Source: a virus. Taken from it: a stretch of 64,000 bases of DNA. This document shows positions 9,867 through 19,973 of the stretch, piece after piece. The DNA lies in IMG/VR virus record IMGVR_UViG_3300047444_000783, positions 32,001 to 96,000 of that record; one strand, 5' to 3'. Under the pieces are notes generated by a model. It did not search any database, was not told the DNA's origin, and saw only the letters and a program-made list of their open reading frames with translations. How positions within the stretch are numbered: position 1 is the stretch's first letter; every line of letters starts with the position of its first letter. Both the position numbers and the translations under genes were made by a program.

Positions 9867-10391
9867 TTACGCCGGCTTAGCCTTAAAGATATTGCCGAAT
9901 AGGGTCCCGAATCCGCCGGCAAGGCTGCCGATACCGCTTGTCCATGCACTCAACTGCTGGGCCGCCAGTTGGGCCAATTGTCCGCTAACGGTCGTCTGCC
10001 CCTGCGTCGCGCCAAGCGCTCCCTGCGTTTCTCCGAGTCCGAGGCCGGTCAGCGACTGCAGGGCGTTATTAATATTGTTCTGGTACAGGCCGCTGATCGT
10101 CTGCGCCTGACTCTGTGCCAGTTGCGTCCGGGCGGCCGGAACGTATCCGCCGGCGGGTGCCGTATCCTGCAACTGCCGGTTGGCGTTCGAAAACTGCTGC
10201 TTCGTGAACTCGGCGGCCGGCGCGACTGCCGCGTACGCCTGCGGTCCGCCTTTGATGATCGCGCTGTAGTAGTCCTGCGACTGCTTGAGTGCGGGCGCGG
10301 CCCCGCTGCTCAGGTTCCCGTAGAGGCTGCTGAAGTTATTGGCCGCCTGTCCTGCAATTTGCTGAGACTGTTTGGCCGCGCCCTTACCCAT
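9867..10391 (-). CDS. Probable small ejection/pilot protein (174 aa)
   Basis: MGKG start, Gln/Ala/Gly-rich, glycine-zipper-like C-terminus (GIGSLAGGFGTLFG); typical podoviral position. Confidence 0.6.
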   Translation of the reverse strand: MGKGAAKQSQQIAGQAANNFSSLYGNLSSGAAPALKQSQDYYSAIIKGGPQAYAAVAPAAEFTKQQFSNANRQLQDTAPAGGYVPAARTQLAQSQAQTISGLYQNNINNALQSLTGLGLGETQGALGATQGQTTVSGQLAQLAAQQLSAWTSGIGSLAGGFGTLFGNIFKAKPA

Positions 10392-10392
10392 A

Positions 10393-10962
10393 TTACAGAC
10401 CCTCCGCCTCGAGGCGTGCTTCGAACTGGCCGCGAGTGAGCGTGCAGATCTTTGCTGCTACGGTCTCGCCATCATAACTGACGAACCCCGGTATCTCCGC
10501 CAGATAGTTGAACCCCAAGCGCTTGCAATACCGAATGGCCAGCCGGTTGACGCTCGGCGTAATCCCGTAGATCATCGTCATCTCGACGAGCGCGAACCAC
10601 TGGGAGAGGCAGATGTCGCCGAAGACCTTCGTCAGCGGCGCGCTCCAATAGTCCCGGAAAAAGCAGAAAGACCCGATCCCTTTCCGGAGCGTGTCGCAGT
10701 CTTCGATGTTCGTCAGCCAGGCTAGCCCGACATACCGGCCGTTCGTCTGGTCGAGAAAGATACTGGTCACCGCGTCGTGCTCGGCGAAGTGGACGAACTC
10801 ATCTTCGGTAACCTGCTTGTTATGGAACAGCATGCGGTCCAACTGCTCGGCGCACAGGCGCCGATAGATCAGCCGGAGGACGTCTTTGGGCAGGTTGTCC
10901 TTCTCCCGGTAGTACGGGATGACGGCCGGAACGAACTGGGTGGGCCTCAGTACTGTACTCAT
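10393..10962 (-). CDS. GNAT-fold acetyltransferase-like protein (189 aa)
   Basis: YVGLAWL...GITPSVNRLAIRYCKRLGF motif. Start moved to ATG 10962 because the longer track call overlaps a real + strand gene. Confidence 0.7.
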   Translation of the reverse strand: MSTVLRPTQFVPAVIPYYREKDNLPKDVLRLIYRRLCAEQLDRMLFHNKQVTEDEFVHFAEHDAVTSIFLDQTNGRYVGLAWLTNIEDCDTLRKGIGSFCFFRDYWSAPLTKVFGDICLSQWFALVEMTMIYGITPSVNRLAIRYCKRLGFNYLAEIPGFVSYDGETVAAKICTLTRGQFEARLEAEGL

Positions 10963-11029
10963 TGCGTTTATTATCCGATGGCTGGCAAGCGGTTGACGGT
11001 ACCCATAGGATAAGACAGAGGAGATTATT

Positions 11030-11356
11030 ATGCCTGTCGTCCCCGGAGCGACCGTCACAGCCACGGTCTCGAATACCGCGTACCCGTTGATCGCCGCTGG
11101 TACCCATAAGCTGGTCAAGACGCTGTATATCCAGCCCAAGTACAACAACACGGGCGTCGGATTCGTCGGAGACTCGACGCTCAACCCGTCGTCCGATACG
11201 GGAATCGATAAGCAGTTCGCGATTCCGGCCGCCAACGCCCTGCAGGACTATCAGATCACGGAGGCCGAAGCGCCGAACGGCATCGACCTTGGGAACTTCT
11301 ATGTCGCCTCGACCGTCGGTGGAGACAAGTTCTACTGGTCGTACGACGAGCGTTAA
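11030..11356 (+). CDS. Small beta-rich protein (108 aa), lone inverted gene
   Basis: SD GAGGAG before ATG, high GC3, LYIQPKYNNTGVGFVG motif; stop overlaps the convergent gene's stop (TTAA). Confidence 0.8.
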   Translation: MPVVPGATVTATVSNTAYPLIAAGTHKLVKTLYIQPKYNNTGVGFVGDSTLNPSSDTGIDKQFAIPAANALQDYQITEAEAPNGIDLGNFYVASTVGGDKFYWSYDER

Positions 11357-12522
11357 GTCGGGGCCGAGTATCCGATAATCAATCCCTGGTTGTTGAACGA
11401 GATCGATCCTGGAGACCCACCGCCGGTGAGCGCTGCAAGTCCGAGCGTCGTACCCGTGATCGTCGGGAAAGCGACGCCGGAGTCCAGGAGAAGCGCGCCG
11501 CCGCCGCCTACCGCTATATTGCCGAATCCAATCGCCCCGCTCTCGTACGGGATGTTGCCATCCGCATCGGGGAACGTGTAAGAACGGTCTGCCGAATTCG
11601 AATGGAAGAGTTGGCCGGAAAACGATCCGCCGGAAAACCAGAAGAGCGTCCCTTGCAATAGCGCGACCGCCTTATTGAACTCGAAGCACGAGACCGCGGA
11701 CGCGCCGCTCCGCATCAACAAGAATCTGAAGCGCGACCCCTCATTGCCGCCCGTCGGCACATCCCACAGAACGTCCATCGCGCCCGCGTCTTTGACCTGG
11801 CCCGCCGAGTTATGTAGCTGGAAGTTCTCGCGGACCGCGAAGTTTGTGGCGGCAGCCGCACTCGTCAGGTGAACGAGGTTCAAGGCCGTCGTCGGCGTAT
11901 TCGTTGCCGAGTCCGATACGCTCTGGATCGCCCCACCGACCGTTATCCAACTCGTTCCAGTCCACAGGTATTCCGTCTGTATCAGATTATCGGTCTGGAA
12001 GAACTTAAACCCCGAATCGTCCACGCCAAGATCGGCCGGTCGGTTGGCGATCGCGTCAATCATCTGGCCGGAATGGTATTTCCAGATCTGGATGTTCGAC
12101 GCGTTCAACTCATTGATATACGTGACGGTCCGATCGAGTTCCCAGAGTGCTGAACCAACACCATAACTACCGGCGTCCGGACGGTCCGCGTGATCCGACT
12201 CGAGGAATACCGGGCTGCCCTGGCCGAGCAATGGAGACAGGAGCGGAGCCGTACCGCCGATCAGTAGCTGCTGCTGGATGGCCGGAGGGCTAAAGTTAGC
12301 GTTCGCGTACTCGAGAGTCACGAGGTCGGCCGGATCCTTCGGGTCGGCCGCCCCGACAGCGCGGTGACCGTTCAGGTTCAGGTCGTTGCCGAGCGGGACA
12401 TTCCCGCGTCGACCGCTGAGCGCGTCCACCTGATCGTAGAGATAGCGGAGCGCCCGGTTGAGATCATCCCAGTCGTCGTTGCGAACCTGAATGTATAGAC
12501 CGGTCCCTTCGTTCTTGCTCAT
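11353..12522 (-). CDS. Tail-associated/fibre-like structural protein (389 aa)
   Basis: N-terminal helix plus LNLNGHRAVGAADP..DLVTLEY fibre-type motif, beta-rich remainder; tail gene context. Confidence 0.55.
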   Translation of the reverse strand: MSKNEGTGLYIQVRNDDWDDLNRALRYLYDQVDALSGRRGNVPLGNDLNLNGHRAVGAADPKDPADLVTLEYANANFSPPAIQQQLLIGGTAPLLSPLLGQGSPVFLESDHADRPDAGSYGVGSALWELDRTVTYINELNASNIQIWKYHSGQMIDAIANRPADLGVDDSGFKFFQTDNLIQTEYLWTGTSWITVGGAIQSVSDSATNTPTTALNLVHLTSAAAATNFAVRENFQLHNSAGQVKDAGAMDVLWDVPTGGNEGSRFRFLLMRSGASAVSCFEFNKAVALLQGTLFWFSGGSFSGQLFHSNSADRSYTFPDADGNIPYESGAIGFGNIAVGGGGALLLDSGVAFPTITGTTLGLAALTGGGSPGSISFNNQGLIIGYSAPT

Positions 12523-14186
12523 TGAAACAATGGAAGCCAGTAGGTTGCCCCGTTTAGCGACAATTCGAGATATTTCACAACTACCTGCGCTGTCGCTGGC
12601 CCGCTCCCGCCGCCTTTCGTTGTCGTCGTGACCGGCGTGCCTGCCGATCCAGCGCCAACGCCTTCGGTCGTACCGATGCCGACGTAGCCACTGAGCGGGG
12701 TCGGGGTATTGCCGGCGGCCTGGATTCCGTTTATGACGCTCAACAACCCACCGTTCGTCAGGTTAAGTCTGTCCGCACCGGACGGGACTCCGGAGGCTGT
12801 TACGCGGAGCGCGAAACTGGCGTCGCCTTTTTCCGTCAGCAGCCACCCGTTGGTTGTTTCTCCAAGGAAGATGCCTTCCGCTCCCGTCGCCCCCGATCGG
12901 ACATCCAATATTCCGTAGGCGCCGGACACCAGATTAAGGCCAAGGCGCGTCCCCGTATAGATGCCGCCATCTGAGGTCTGGACCTTATTGCCGAATTGGC
13001 TAGTCCTCGTTCCACCATCGGTTATCTGGTCGGAACTGTTGCTCAGTACGAGGTTGAATGACACCTGTGTGTCCAACGCGCCGGCCGTGACGACAAGGCC
13101 GTGCACATTGCCGGTGCAGGTATTGTTTCTGAACTGGTTCTGGCTGAAAGTCGCGACCGACCCGTCTCCGAGAACGCCGTACCGCTGGTTGCCGATACAG
13201 ATGTTGTTGGCCACGAGATTGCCAAGGAGCGTCCCAACGTCTGAACCGTCGAGCGTGATGCCATCGCCGTTCCCGCCAGATCCGGTGTTGGCAATGCTTT
13301 GGTTGTTTACGATAAGGTTGTAGTTCGTGGCCTGAGATGTCGTCGGTTTGACGATGATCCCCTGCCCGAAATTCGCCGAAACGATGTTATTGGAAACCGT
13401 GTTGTCGTTTGCGTCCGCTCCCGGAACGGCCGCGATCAGGATTCCCCAGCAGTCGGTTGAGCCGGCATGGCGCGCGCCATTCGACCGCACCTGGTTCGCG
13501 TTGATCAGGTTGCGCGAACCGTTGACGTCGATTCCATTGGATCCGTTTCCGTAGACTTCATTGGCTTCGACAATGCAGTCCGTGCTTCCGATGCCAAGGA
13601 AAATTCCGTCTTCCTTGTTATTTCTGATCCTACAGCCGCGGATGATCCAGCGGGCAGCAAACCCGCCAGTATTGATGCCCGCCTCACCCCAGTTTTCGAC
13701 TACGAGGTTTTCGAGTGTGACGTCGGAGACGCTACCTGAGTTGATCCCGGAATACCCGATACTCGAGGCGTTCGGTCCGCGGATTGTCAGGTCCGAGACG
13801 TGTGTCAACGCGTCGGCGATGTTGAGGCCAATGACCCCCAGGTTGGGGAAGCTGAGAATCGTTGCGCCCGGACCGCTGCCAATTATCTTGAGTGGCCGAC
13901 CGTTCGTCGTTAGCCCGGTCAGACACTTATAGGTACCGGCCGGAAGAATGAGCGTGCCGGCCGTGCTTATCTGGTTGATGGCCGCCTGAATGGCCGTCGT
14001 CGAGTCCGAAGTTCCGGATATGTCGGCGCCGAAATCGACAGCGTTAAAGATCTCCTGACCGAGCAGCGAGTGGATGCCGATCTTATCCAGCGCGGCCGAT
14101 GACCCGTCCGCAAGGATAACCGTGTCCTGGCCAAACCCAAGCTGCAGGTCCTGCTTATACGATGGTCCAAAGATAAAACTTTCCAT
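12519..14186 (-). CDS. Tailspike 1, right-handed beta-helix (pectate-lyase-like), 555 aa
   Basis: DFGA...DSTTAIQAAIN...LILPAGTY motif followed by Asn/Gly beta-helix repeats. Confidence 0.85.
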   Translation of the reverse strand: MESFIFGPSYKQDLQLGFGQDTVILADGSSAALDKIGIHSLLGQEIFNAVDFGADISGTSDSTTAIQAAINQISTAGTLILPAGTYKCLTGLTTNGRPLKIIGSGPGATILSFPNLGVIGLNIADALTHVSDLTIRGPNASSIGYSGINSGSVSDVTLENLVVENWGEAGINTGGFAARWIIRGCRIRNNKEDGIFLGIGSTDCIVEANEVYGNGSNGIDVNGSRNLINANQVRSNGARHAGSTDCWGILIAAVPGADANDNTVSNNIVSANFGQGIIVKPTTSQATNYNLIVNNQSIANTGSGGNGDGITLDGSDVGTLLGNLVANNICIGNQRYGVLGDGSVATFSQNQFRNNTCTGNVHGLVVTAGALDTQVSFNLVLSNSSDQITDGGTRTSQFGNKVQTSDGGIYTGTRLGLNLVSGAYGILDVRSGATGAEGIFLGETTNGWLLTEKGDASFALRVTASGVPSGADRLNLTNGGLLSVINGIQAAGNTPTPLSGYVGIGTTEGVGAGSAGTPVTTTTKGGGSGPATAQVVVKYLELSLNGATYWLPLFQ

Positions 14187-17100
14187 CTATCGCTGCCTCG
14201 TTGCTGGCAAGTACTCCTGATCTGCCAATGGCGCGCGCTGGTAACCGCGCTCGCCCGCCATCGGATACCACTCGACGTCCGACTGATTCAAGAACACCTT
14301 GAACCCGCTCGTGCTCGTGATGACGAAACGGAAGGTCTTGCCCTTCAGCCCTGGCGGAAGAATCAACTCGTACTTGATCCAGCCGCTCGCCGACTGAATC
14401 AAGATGGGCGGGCTGGTGTACCGCAAGGATTCATCGACCGATATCTGAACGATGATCGTGCTCGGCGTCTGCGCGGCAATCCACAGCCGACGGATGTATT
14501 TCCAGCGCGTGTACCCGAAATCCAGATCGATCGTGTCGTACCGCGTCATCTGCAGCGGATCCGCCAGGAATTCGAACTGATGCGAGTAATAGCGGAACGG
14601 GCTGGCGCTCGAGAAGATCAGCCGCGTCAGTTTGCCGATTGTGTCGGCAAGCAGCGAGAACGGGACGATCTGTCGGCCGATCGTGGTTATCTGGAGCGTC
14701 TGGGTCGTCTGGTTATCGACCTGGACCTCAACGCTTGTCACATCCTGAGTGTCGATCTCGATCTGCAATTGCCGGAGTCGCTTGTCTCCTGCGTACCCGA
14801 GGTTGTCCCAGTCGGTCGGCAGCTTGGTGACCGGCGACCGGAGCGGGATGTAAAAGAAAGTGATTTTGTAGAACTTTACGGCCTGGCTGCCGTTCGTGCC
14901 CTGCACGCCAAGGCTGACGTTGCGGCACTGTGTGTCGTCCGACAGCGGGAAATAGACCGGGCCGCGCGCGCTGTTCGTCAGGCCGACGCTCTGGGCAGGT
15001 GCCTGGCCGTTATCGAAGCCGGCAAAGAATGGGATGGTCTGCCCCTGCAGGTCGCAGTCGATTACGATCTCGGTAATCTGCTTGGTCACGCTCTGCCCGC
15101 CGAAATCCAGATACGGGGTCGTGAAGCGGATGTTGATCGGAACCCCCTGATCGGTGTTCCCGTTGTTACGCTGATATACCAGACCGTCAGAACTCCCGCT
15201 GTAGAGTTGGCCGATGTCGTCCAAGCGCACATATGACGTGGCCGGCCGGTCCGTCGGTTCCCACCGGCTCAGGTCGAAGTCGAACGTGATCTCCTGGCGG
15301 ACGGTATTCTCGTCCGTGTAGGCGTACCAGATCTTCGAACCGTGGTACTCCATAGCCTCCGTGCCTTTATAGAACACGGCGATCGGCGCCATCGATCCGT
15401 CCGGACTGCCAAAGCCGACACCGTCGAATAGCGGCTGGATCGGCAGCGTCATTTTTTCCGAGAACCCGCTTCCGGGTAGCGCGTAGATTCCTCCGGCTGC
15501 CCGGTAATAGATACGGCCGCGACCGCGGCAGATCGCGTTGCCGAAGAGTCCGACCTCGCTGCCGGTCGGAATCAACTGGAACGAGTCCGGCGCCGATCCG
15601 ATCAGGCGGTCGACTGTCGCCTGGCTGAAGACAAATAACTGATCGTCAAGCCCGAACGGCCGGACAATCGGATCCCCGGAACGGGAGCGGGCCACGTAAT
15701 TATTAGCCAGAAAGATCTCGGGCGTAAATCGCTCGGAGTACCAAATGCGGTCCTTGTGGCGGCTGTCGTTCGACCATAGCCGGCCGTTAAAGACCTCCAT
15801 CGTCACCGGGTCAAACGCGTTCGCGCCGACCCGCGCTTCGGCCACGCGGACGACCGCCGAAAGAGTCGCCGAGACGCTCAGCCGGACGTAATAGGCGTCG
15901 ATGCCGTTAACGCTCGAGATCGCCCAGTCGCTCGGTATATCAAACTCGACCGTCCCGCTCAGCCCGAGCGTCGCCCCAATGTTATCGGTCCCATCGATCT
16001 GGTCCTGTACCGCATACCAGGACGAACCATTCCAGTATTGAACTGTTAATACACTTTGGTTCGTGTTCGCGCCGGCCATGATGACAAGGATCTGACGGAA
16101 TAGCTGGTCCGCTCCAATCACCAGCCAACCCCCGCCGCCGAGGTTCGGCAGACTCGAGAGGTCGGCGTATGTTGTCGTGTTATCGTCGCTGACGGCTGCC
16201 GTGACGTCCGTGTACGTGCCGCCAGAGTTGGCGGTCTTCTGGGCGCTCGTGCACGTCTGGCTTGCCAACTGCTCGAGGTTCGCCAGTTCGATCTGGGTTA
16301 GATCTGGAACGTTCCCCTGATTCTGATCGGCTGTGCTGTCCGTAATCGTCGTCGTGCCCGTCCAGGCCGCCACCACCTTCTCAGCCGCGAACGAGAATAC
16401 GCTTGTCAGACCGCCTTTCCGGTATAACTCGATGTGCGTTGCCTGCAGATCTCGCGGATTCCGCACGGTCACCGTCGCATTCGTCGCGTCGACCTCGACC
16501 TGCGAAGTCATGACCGGGCTGAAGGGGCTAGTCATGCCCGTCAGATTGTTCCGGTACCGGTAGATCCATTCGTAGTTATTCGCATTCAGCCCGTTACCGG
16601 ACTGCATGATCAGGTCGTCCATCCCCAGATTTACGGCCCCGCTGTCATTCGTCTGGATCTGAATCCGGATGCCTGCGACATTCGACCAGTTGGTTGTAGC
16701 GGTCCCCACGCGAACGAACTCCGATTTCCGGATGAAGATCTGCAGCCACTGCGACGTTCCGGTCGGCAAGTTGGCCGGCTGGAGTGTCGCAGCCAGCGCC
16801 TTGTTGGCCGCCGCTATCTGAGATGGATCAAGGGAATTATTGATCGCCAGTAATTGACTCTGCGACAGCTTCCCGTTCAGTTGTCCCGGGAATTGGAGTT
16901 GCAGCGCCGCCAGGCTGACCGTGCTGGAGAATGCCTGTGGCGCCGTCTGAATTCCTTGGGCCGCCGCGTTGGAGACATCGGCGACGATCGACTTCCAGTA
17001 ATAGTTATGCGCGAAATCATTGACCAGCGGGTCGACATCGAACATTAACCGGACTTCCGTTATGTTGGCTGCCACGTCAACCCGGAGCGCGATCGAGATG

Positions 17101-17771
17101 AAATCGTTATCGTCACTGTCGCCGGCGACCGTGAACTTCCCGAGATCGAACGGCGCGATCATCGTCATGTAGCCGGTTGTCGATTTGGCGACCGCGAGGC
17201 TGCCGGCATACGTTCCCTGGAACGGGTCGGTCGATGATGATGTTACCGTCGCAGCGAACGTCGGCCAGGCCGCCTGGATTGACGTGTTGTCCGGATATTC
17301 GAACAGATCGATCGTCTTGGAAGTGATGGCCGTCTCTACCGCGCTCGCCATCGCCATCGGCCCGGCGATCCCAAAGCCGGTGACATTCACCCCGTCATCT
17401 TTAACGCGCCGCAGCGAATCCCATACGATCTCGAACGGAGTGACCGACAGATCCGGGCCACCGTCACGCATCGTCAGCGGGTTACCCGAGAATCCGTGCT
17501 CGATCTCAACCCAGTTGCGGAAGAGTTTCGTGCCGGCCCCCTGGTAGGTATGAGGAGTTCCCTGGACGGTGATCCGGCCCAACGAATGGACGGGGCCGAT
17601 GTTCGTGCCATTGACCCGCGCGGTCCCCCCGCGACTCATCAGGAAGCCGCTCTTGTCGGCCGTCATGTTGAGCAGGTTCGGCAGGTAGCCGTCCGGCAAC
17701 ACGTCTCCCGGGCGACTGATCAGGAGTCCCTTGTTCTCGAGGTCCAGCGTAAATGATTGCGGTTCTGGCAT
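14187..17771 (-). CDS. Tail nozzle / tail tubular protein B-like (1194 aa)
   Basis: N-terminal NM...GFLMSRGG, central FNGRLW...RIWYS, C-terminal TPYLDFG...K; size and position fit a podoviral nozzle. Confidence 0.7.
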   Translation of the reverse strand: MPEPQSFTLDLENKGLLISRPGDVLPDGYLPNLLNMTADKSGFLMSRGGTARVNGTNIGPVHSLGRITVQGTPHTYQGAGTKLFRNWVEIEHGFSGNPLTMRDGGPDLSVTPFEIVWDSLRRVKDDGVNVTGFGIAGPMAMASAVETAITSKTIDLFEYPDNTSIQAAWPTFAATVTSSSTDPFQGTYAGSLAVAKSTTGYMTMIAPFDLGKFTVAGDSDDNDFISIALRVDVAANITEVRLMFDVDPLVNDFAHNYYWKSIVADVSNAAAQGIQTAPQAFSSTVSLAALQLQFPGQLNGKLSQSQLLAINNSLDPSQIAAANKALAATLQPANLPTGTSQWLQIFIRKSEFVRVGTATTNWSNVAGIRIQIQTNDSGAVNLGMDDLIMQSGNGLNANNYEWIYRYRNNLTGMTSPFSPVMTSQVEVDATNATVTVRNPRDLQATHIELYRKGGLTSVFSFAAEKVVAAWTGTTTITDSTADQNQGNVPDLTQIELANLEQLASQTCTSAQKTANSGGTYTDVTAAVSDDNTTTYADLSSLPNLGGGGWLVIGADQLFRQILVIMAGANTNQSVLTVQYWNGSSWYAVQDQIDGTDNIGATLGLSGTVEFDIPSDWAISSVNGIDAYYVRLSVSATLSAVVRVAEARVGANAFDPVTMEVFNGRLWSNDSRHKDRIWYSERFTPEIFLANNYVARSRSGDPIVRPFGLDDQLFVFSQATVDRLIGSAPDSFQLIPTGSEVGLFGNAICRGRGRIYYRAAGGIYALPGSGFSEKMTLPIQPLFDGVGFGSPDGSMAPIAVFYKGTEAMEYHGSKIWYAYTDENTVRQEITFDFDLSRWEPTDRPATSYVRLDDIGQLYSGSSDGLVYQRNNGNTDQGVPINIRFTTPYLDFGGQSVTKQITEIVIDCDLQGQTIPFFAGFDNGQAPAQSVGLTNSARGPVYFPLSDDTQCRNVSLGVQGTNGSQAVKFYKITFFYIPLRSPVTKLPTDWDNLGYAGDKRLRQLQIEIDTQDVTSVEVQVDNQTTQTLQITTIGRQIVPFSLLADTIGKLTRLIFSSASPFRYYSHQFEFLADPLQMTRYDTIDLDFGYTRWKYIRRLWIAAQTPSTIIVQISVDESLRYTSPPILIQSASGWIKYELILPPGLKGKTFRFVITSTSGFKVFLNQSDVEWYPMAGERGYQRAPLADQEYLPATRQR

Positions 17772-17772
17772 A

Positions 17773-19554
17773 TTAAGTTGCGTAAATTCTCATGGCTACA
17801 ACTCGGTATACCCCGGTCGCCGGAGTTTGCGGGCTAGCGCTCGGATTTACCCAGGTAACATTGAGTATGTCGGTCCCGGCCCGGACTCCAGCAATGCCCA
17901 CGGCGCCAGCACTTCCCGGCGGCGTGTTGATTATTATCGTGTCGTCCGAACTAAGGCCTGGCACACTGTACGTCTGCTCCGCTACCTGAAAAGGACCTAC
18001 GGCGCTTGATATAAGAGTCGGGTTAAAGATTTGGACGTAGTTGATCTGCGCTGCAGTGACAGCGCCTTCCGAGCTGATCCATAGTGGTCCCCGTATCTTG
18101 GTAATGATATTGGCATTGTCGGCGATCTGAACTATGTCGTGGGCATCCGTACCGATGACCTTGTTTTGCAATGCACCGGTGCTGTCGCGCGCGCCCAGAT
18201 ATGTATTCTTTGGCAGCATCAACTGCTCGGTCAGAACCAACCCCTGCGGAATTCCAATCCCGACATTGTCGTTGAGATAGATGCCTCGCAGCGAACCAGG
18301 AGTGATATCCAGTGGCGTGTTGACGGTAAGCGCATTTATCCCGAGGAACACCTGGCCGTATCCAGCACCGATCCTGATACCGACAGTGCTGCCGCCGAGG
18401 CTGAACATCTGGTTGCCGTCGATCATCGCCTGATCGCCGTTTCCGTTGCCTTCAAGAAGGATGCCGATCGATGACGAACCAAGATTAAGCAGATTGCCGA
18501 TGATCTTCAGGTCGGACGTCCATTGCGCGGCAGCAGTAGCGAACCAGATGTGGGTGCCGTTGTACCCATGGACCGGGTCGCTCGTCATAAAGTTATTGGC
18601 GATAATGATCCCGCCGAGAGTCCCGGCCGTCCTGTTGAACTTAACGATCGCCGTCTTCTGCGCCTCGCAGAAGTTGTCGATAAAGGTAACCTGGCTGCTG
18701 TTTCCCGACGTGTTCCAATTAACGGCGAGCGCGATATCCCATGTCTGGAATTGGTTCGCCGTAACCTTTAAGCCGCCGCCGGCGATCAATTCGATCGCGT
18801 AATTACCTGTCAGGGCGACGTCTGACGAGAACCCGTTCCCGTGAATCAGATTGTTGCCTTCGTCTCCGCTCCCGGTGTTATTCAGCCGGACTCCACGGAA
18901 TCGCGAATTCTGGAACTGGTTGTTCAGGATTCGCATGCCGCTGACCTGCCCGGACTCGATAGCAACGTATTGGCTTTCAAACACGTTATGGGCAATCACG
19001 GACTGCTGATTAGTTCCGGTAATTGGCACTCCGTTGCCAGTCAGGGCGATCGCGGCGCCGGAACTCTGGTTGCCAGTGCTGTTAAAGATCGCATCGCGAA
19101 TCTGAAATGAACCCGTCGTCGCAACGCTGAATACGGTGGCCGTGCTTGTCGTCTGCCGAAAGACGCTGACGCCGCGACCGTCGCAGATAACATTCAGCGC
19201 GGCCTGAGCGTTGAACGCAGGCGATGCGCTGATCATGAACGTCGTAGCTCCGACGATCAGTACGACCGGGCGGTCGATCAGGGCCGTCGTCGTGAAAGCG
19301 TAGTTCCCGACCAGCCCCCGGCAGTCGACGACTCCGCCGGTCGATGGCAGCGCCTGGACAGCCGCCGAGATCTGGACTCCCGCCTCGGTACCCGTAAAGT
19401 CAGCCGCACTGACGTATGCCGGCCCGAGCAGCTTATGGATCCCAAACTTATTCAACGTCGAGACAGTCCCGTCCGCGATCGTCACCGGGGCACTTCCGAA
19501 CCCGATCGCTATATCCTCCGCGTAGGACTGTCCGAAGATGAAGGTCTCGCTCAT
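17773..19554 (-). CDS. Tailspike 2, beta-helix (593 aa)
   Basis: Shared N-terminal anchor, ALPSTGGVVDCRG, beta-helix repeats. Confidence 0.8.
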   Translation of the reverse strand: MSETFIFGQSYAEDIAIGFGSAPVTIADGTVSTLNKFGIHKLLGPAYVSAADFTGTEAGVQISAAVQALPSTGGVVDCRGLVGNYAFTTTALIDRPVVLIVGATTFMISASPAFNAQAALNVICDGRGVSVFRQTTSTATVFSVATTGSFQIRDAIFNSTGNQSSGAAIALTGNGVPITGTNQQSVIAHNVFESQYVAIESGQVSGMRILNNQFQNSRFRGVRLNNTGSGDEGNNLIHGNGFSSDVALTGNYAIELIAGGGLKVTANQFQTWDIALAVNWNTSGNSSQVTFIDNFCEAQKTAIVKFNRTAGTLGGIIIANNFMTSDPVHGYNGTHIWFATAAAQWTSDLKIIGNLLNLGSSSIGILLEGNGNGDQAMIDGNQMFSLGGSTVGIRIGAGYGQVFLGINALTVNTPLDITPGSLRGIYLNDNVGIGIPQGLVLTEQLMLPKNTYLGARDSTGALQNKVIGTDAHDIVQIADNANIITKIRGPLWISSEGAVTAAQINYVQIFNPTLISSAVGPFQVAEQTYSVPGLSSDDTIIINTPPGSAGAVGIAGVRAGTDILNVTWVNPSASPQTPATGVYRVVAMRIYAT

Positions 19555-19973
19555 CCCATCCTTCTCATCGCTTGATTGGCTGGCTGCGTTTTCTGGATCT
19601 TCTCAAGCAGGTTTGCCGTCACCCGCTGCATGACCGCCAGATTCTCCCGGTCGCTGAAGTTGGAGTTCATGGTGATATTCATGCTCTCATCGACGTCCAG
19701 GGCGATCCGCCGGTCCTTGTTCCTGGATAGTCTGTTATGAATATCGAGTTGCAGGAGGTACAGCCAGGACATCGCCAGCGGCCAATTGGCCATCGGGTAG
19801 AACCAGAACAGCACGGCCGCCGCGATCGCTCCCCAGACGGACATGCAGCGTACGCACGTCCAGAGGTAGATGGGGAATCGCTCGCGCAGTCGCGCGGTAA
19901 GTCGGTCCATCGTGAACAACTCGGTAATCCGCCAGGCGGACAGAACAGCAAAGATAATGTGAACAATCTGCAT
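19551..19973 (-). CDS. DUF1360-like membrane protein (140 aa)
   Basis: LSAWRITELFTMD...R...LWTCVRCMSVW motif and hydrophobic helices. Confidence 0.7.
   Translation of the reverse strand: MQIVHIIFAVLSAWRITELFTMDRLTARLRERFPIYLWTCVRCMSVWGAIAAAVLFWFYPMANWPLAMSWLYLLQLDIHNRLSRNKDRRIALDVDESMNITMNSNFSDRENLAVMQRVTANLLEKIQKTQPANQAMRRMG

Noticed and set aside
10963-11235. N-terminal extension of the GNAT ORF in the track
   Set aside because: It overlaps the better-supported + strand gene 11030-11356; GNAT-like sequence begins after ATG 10962.
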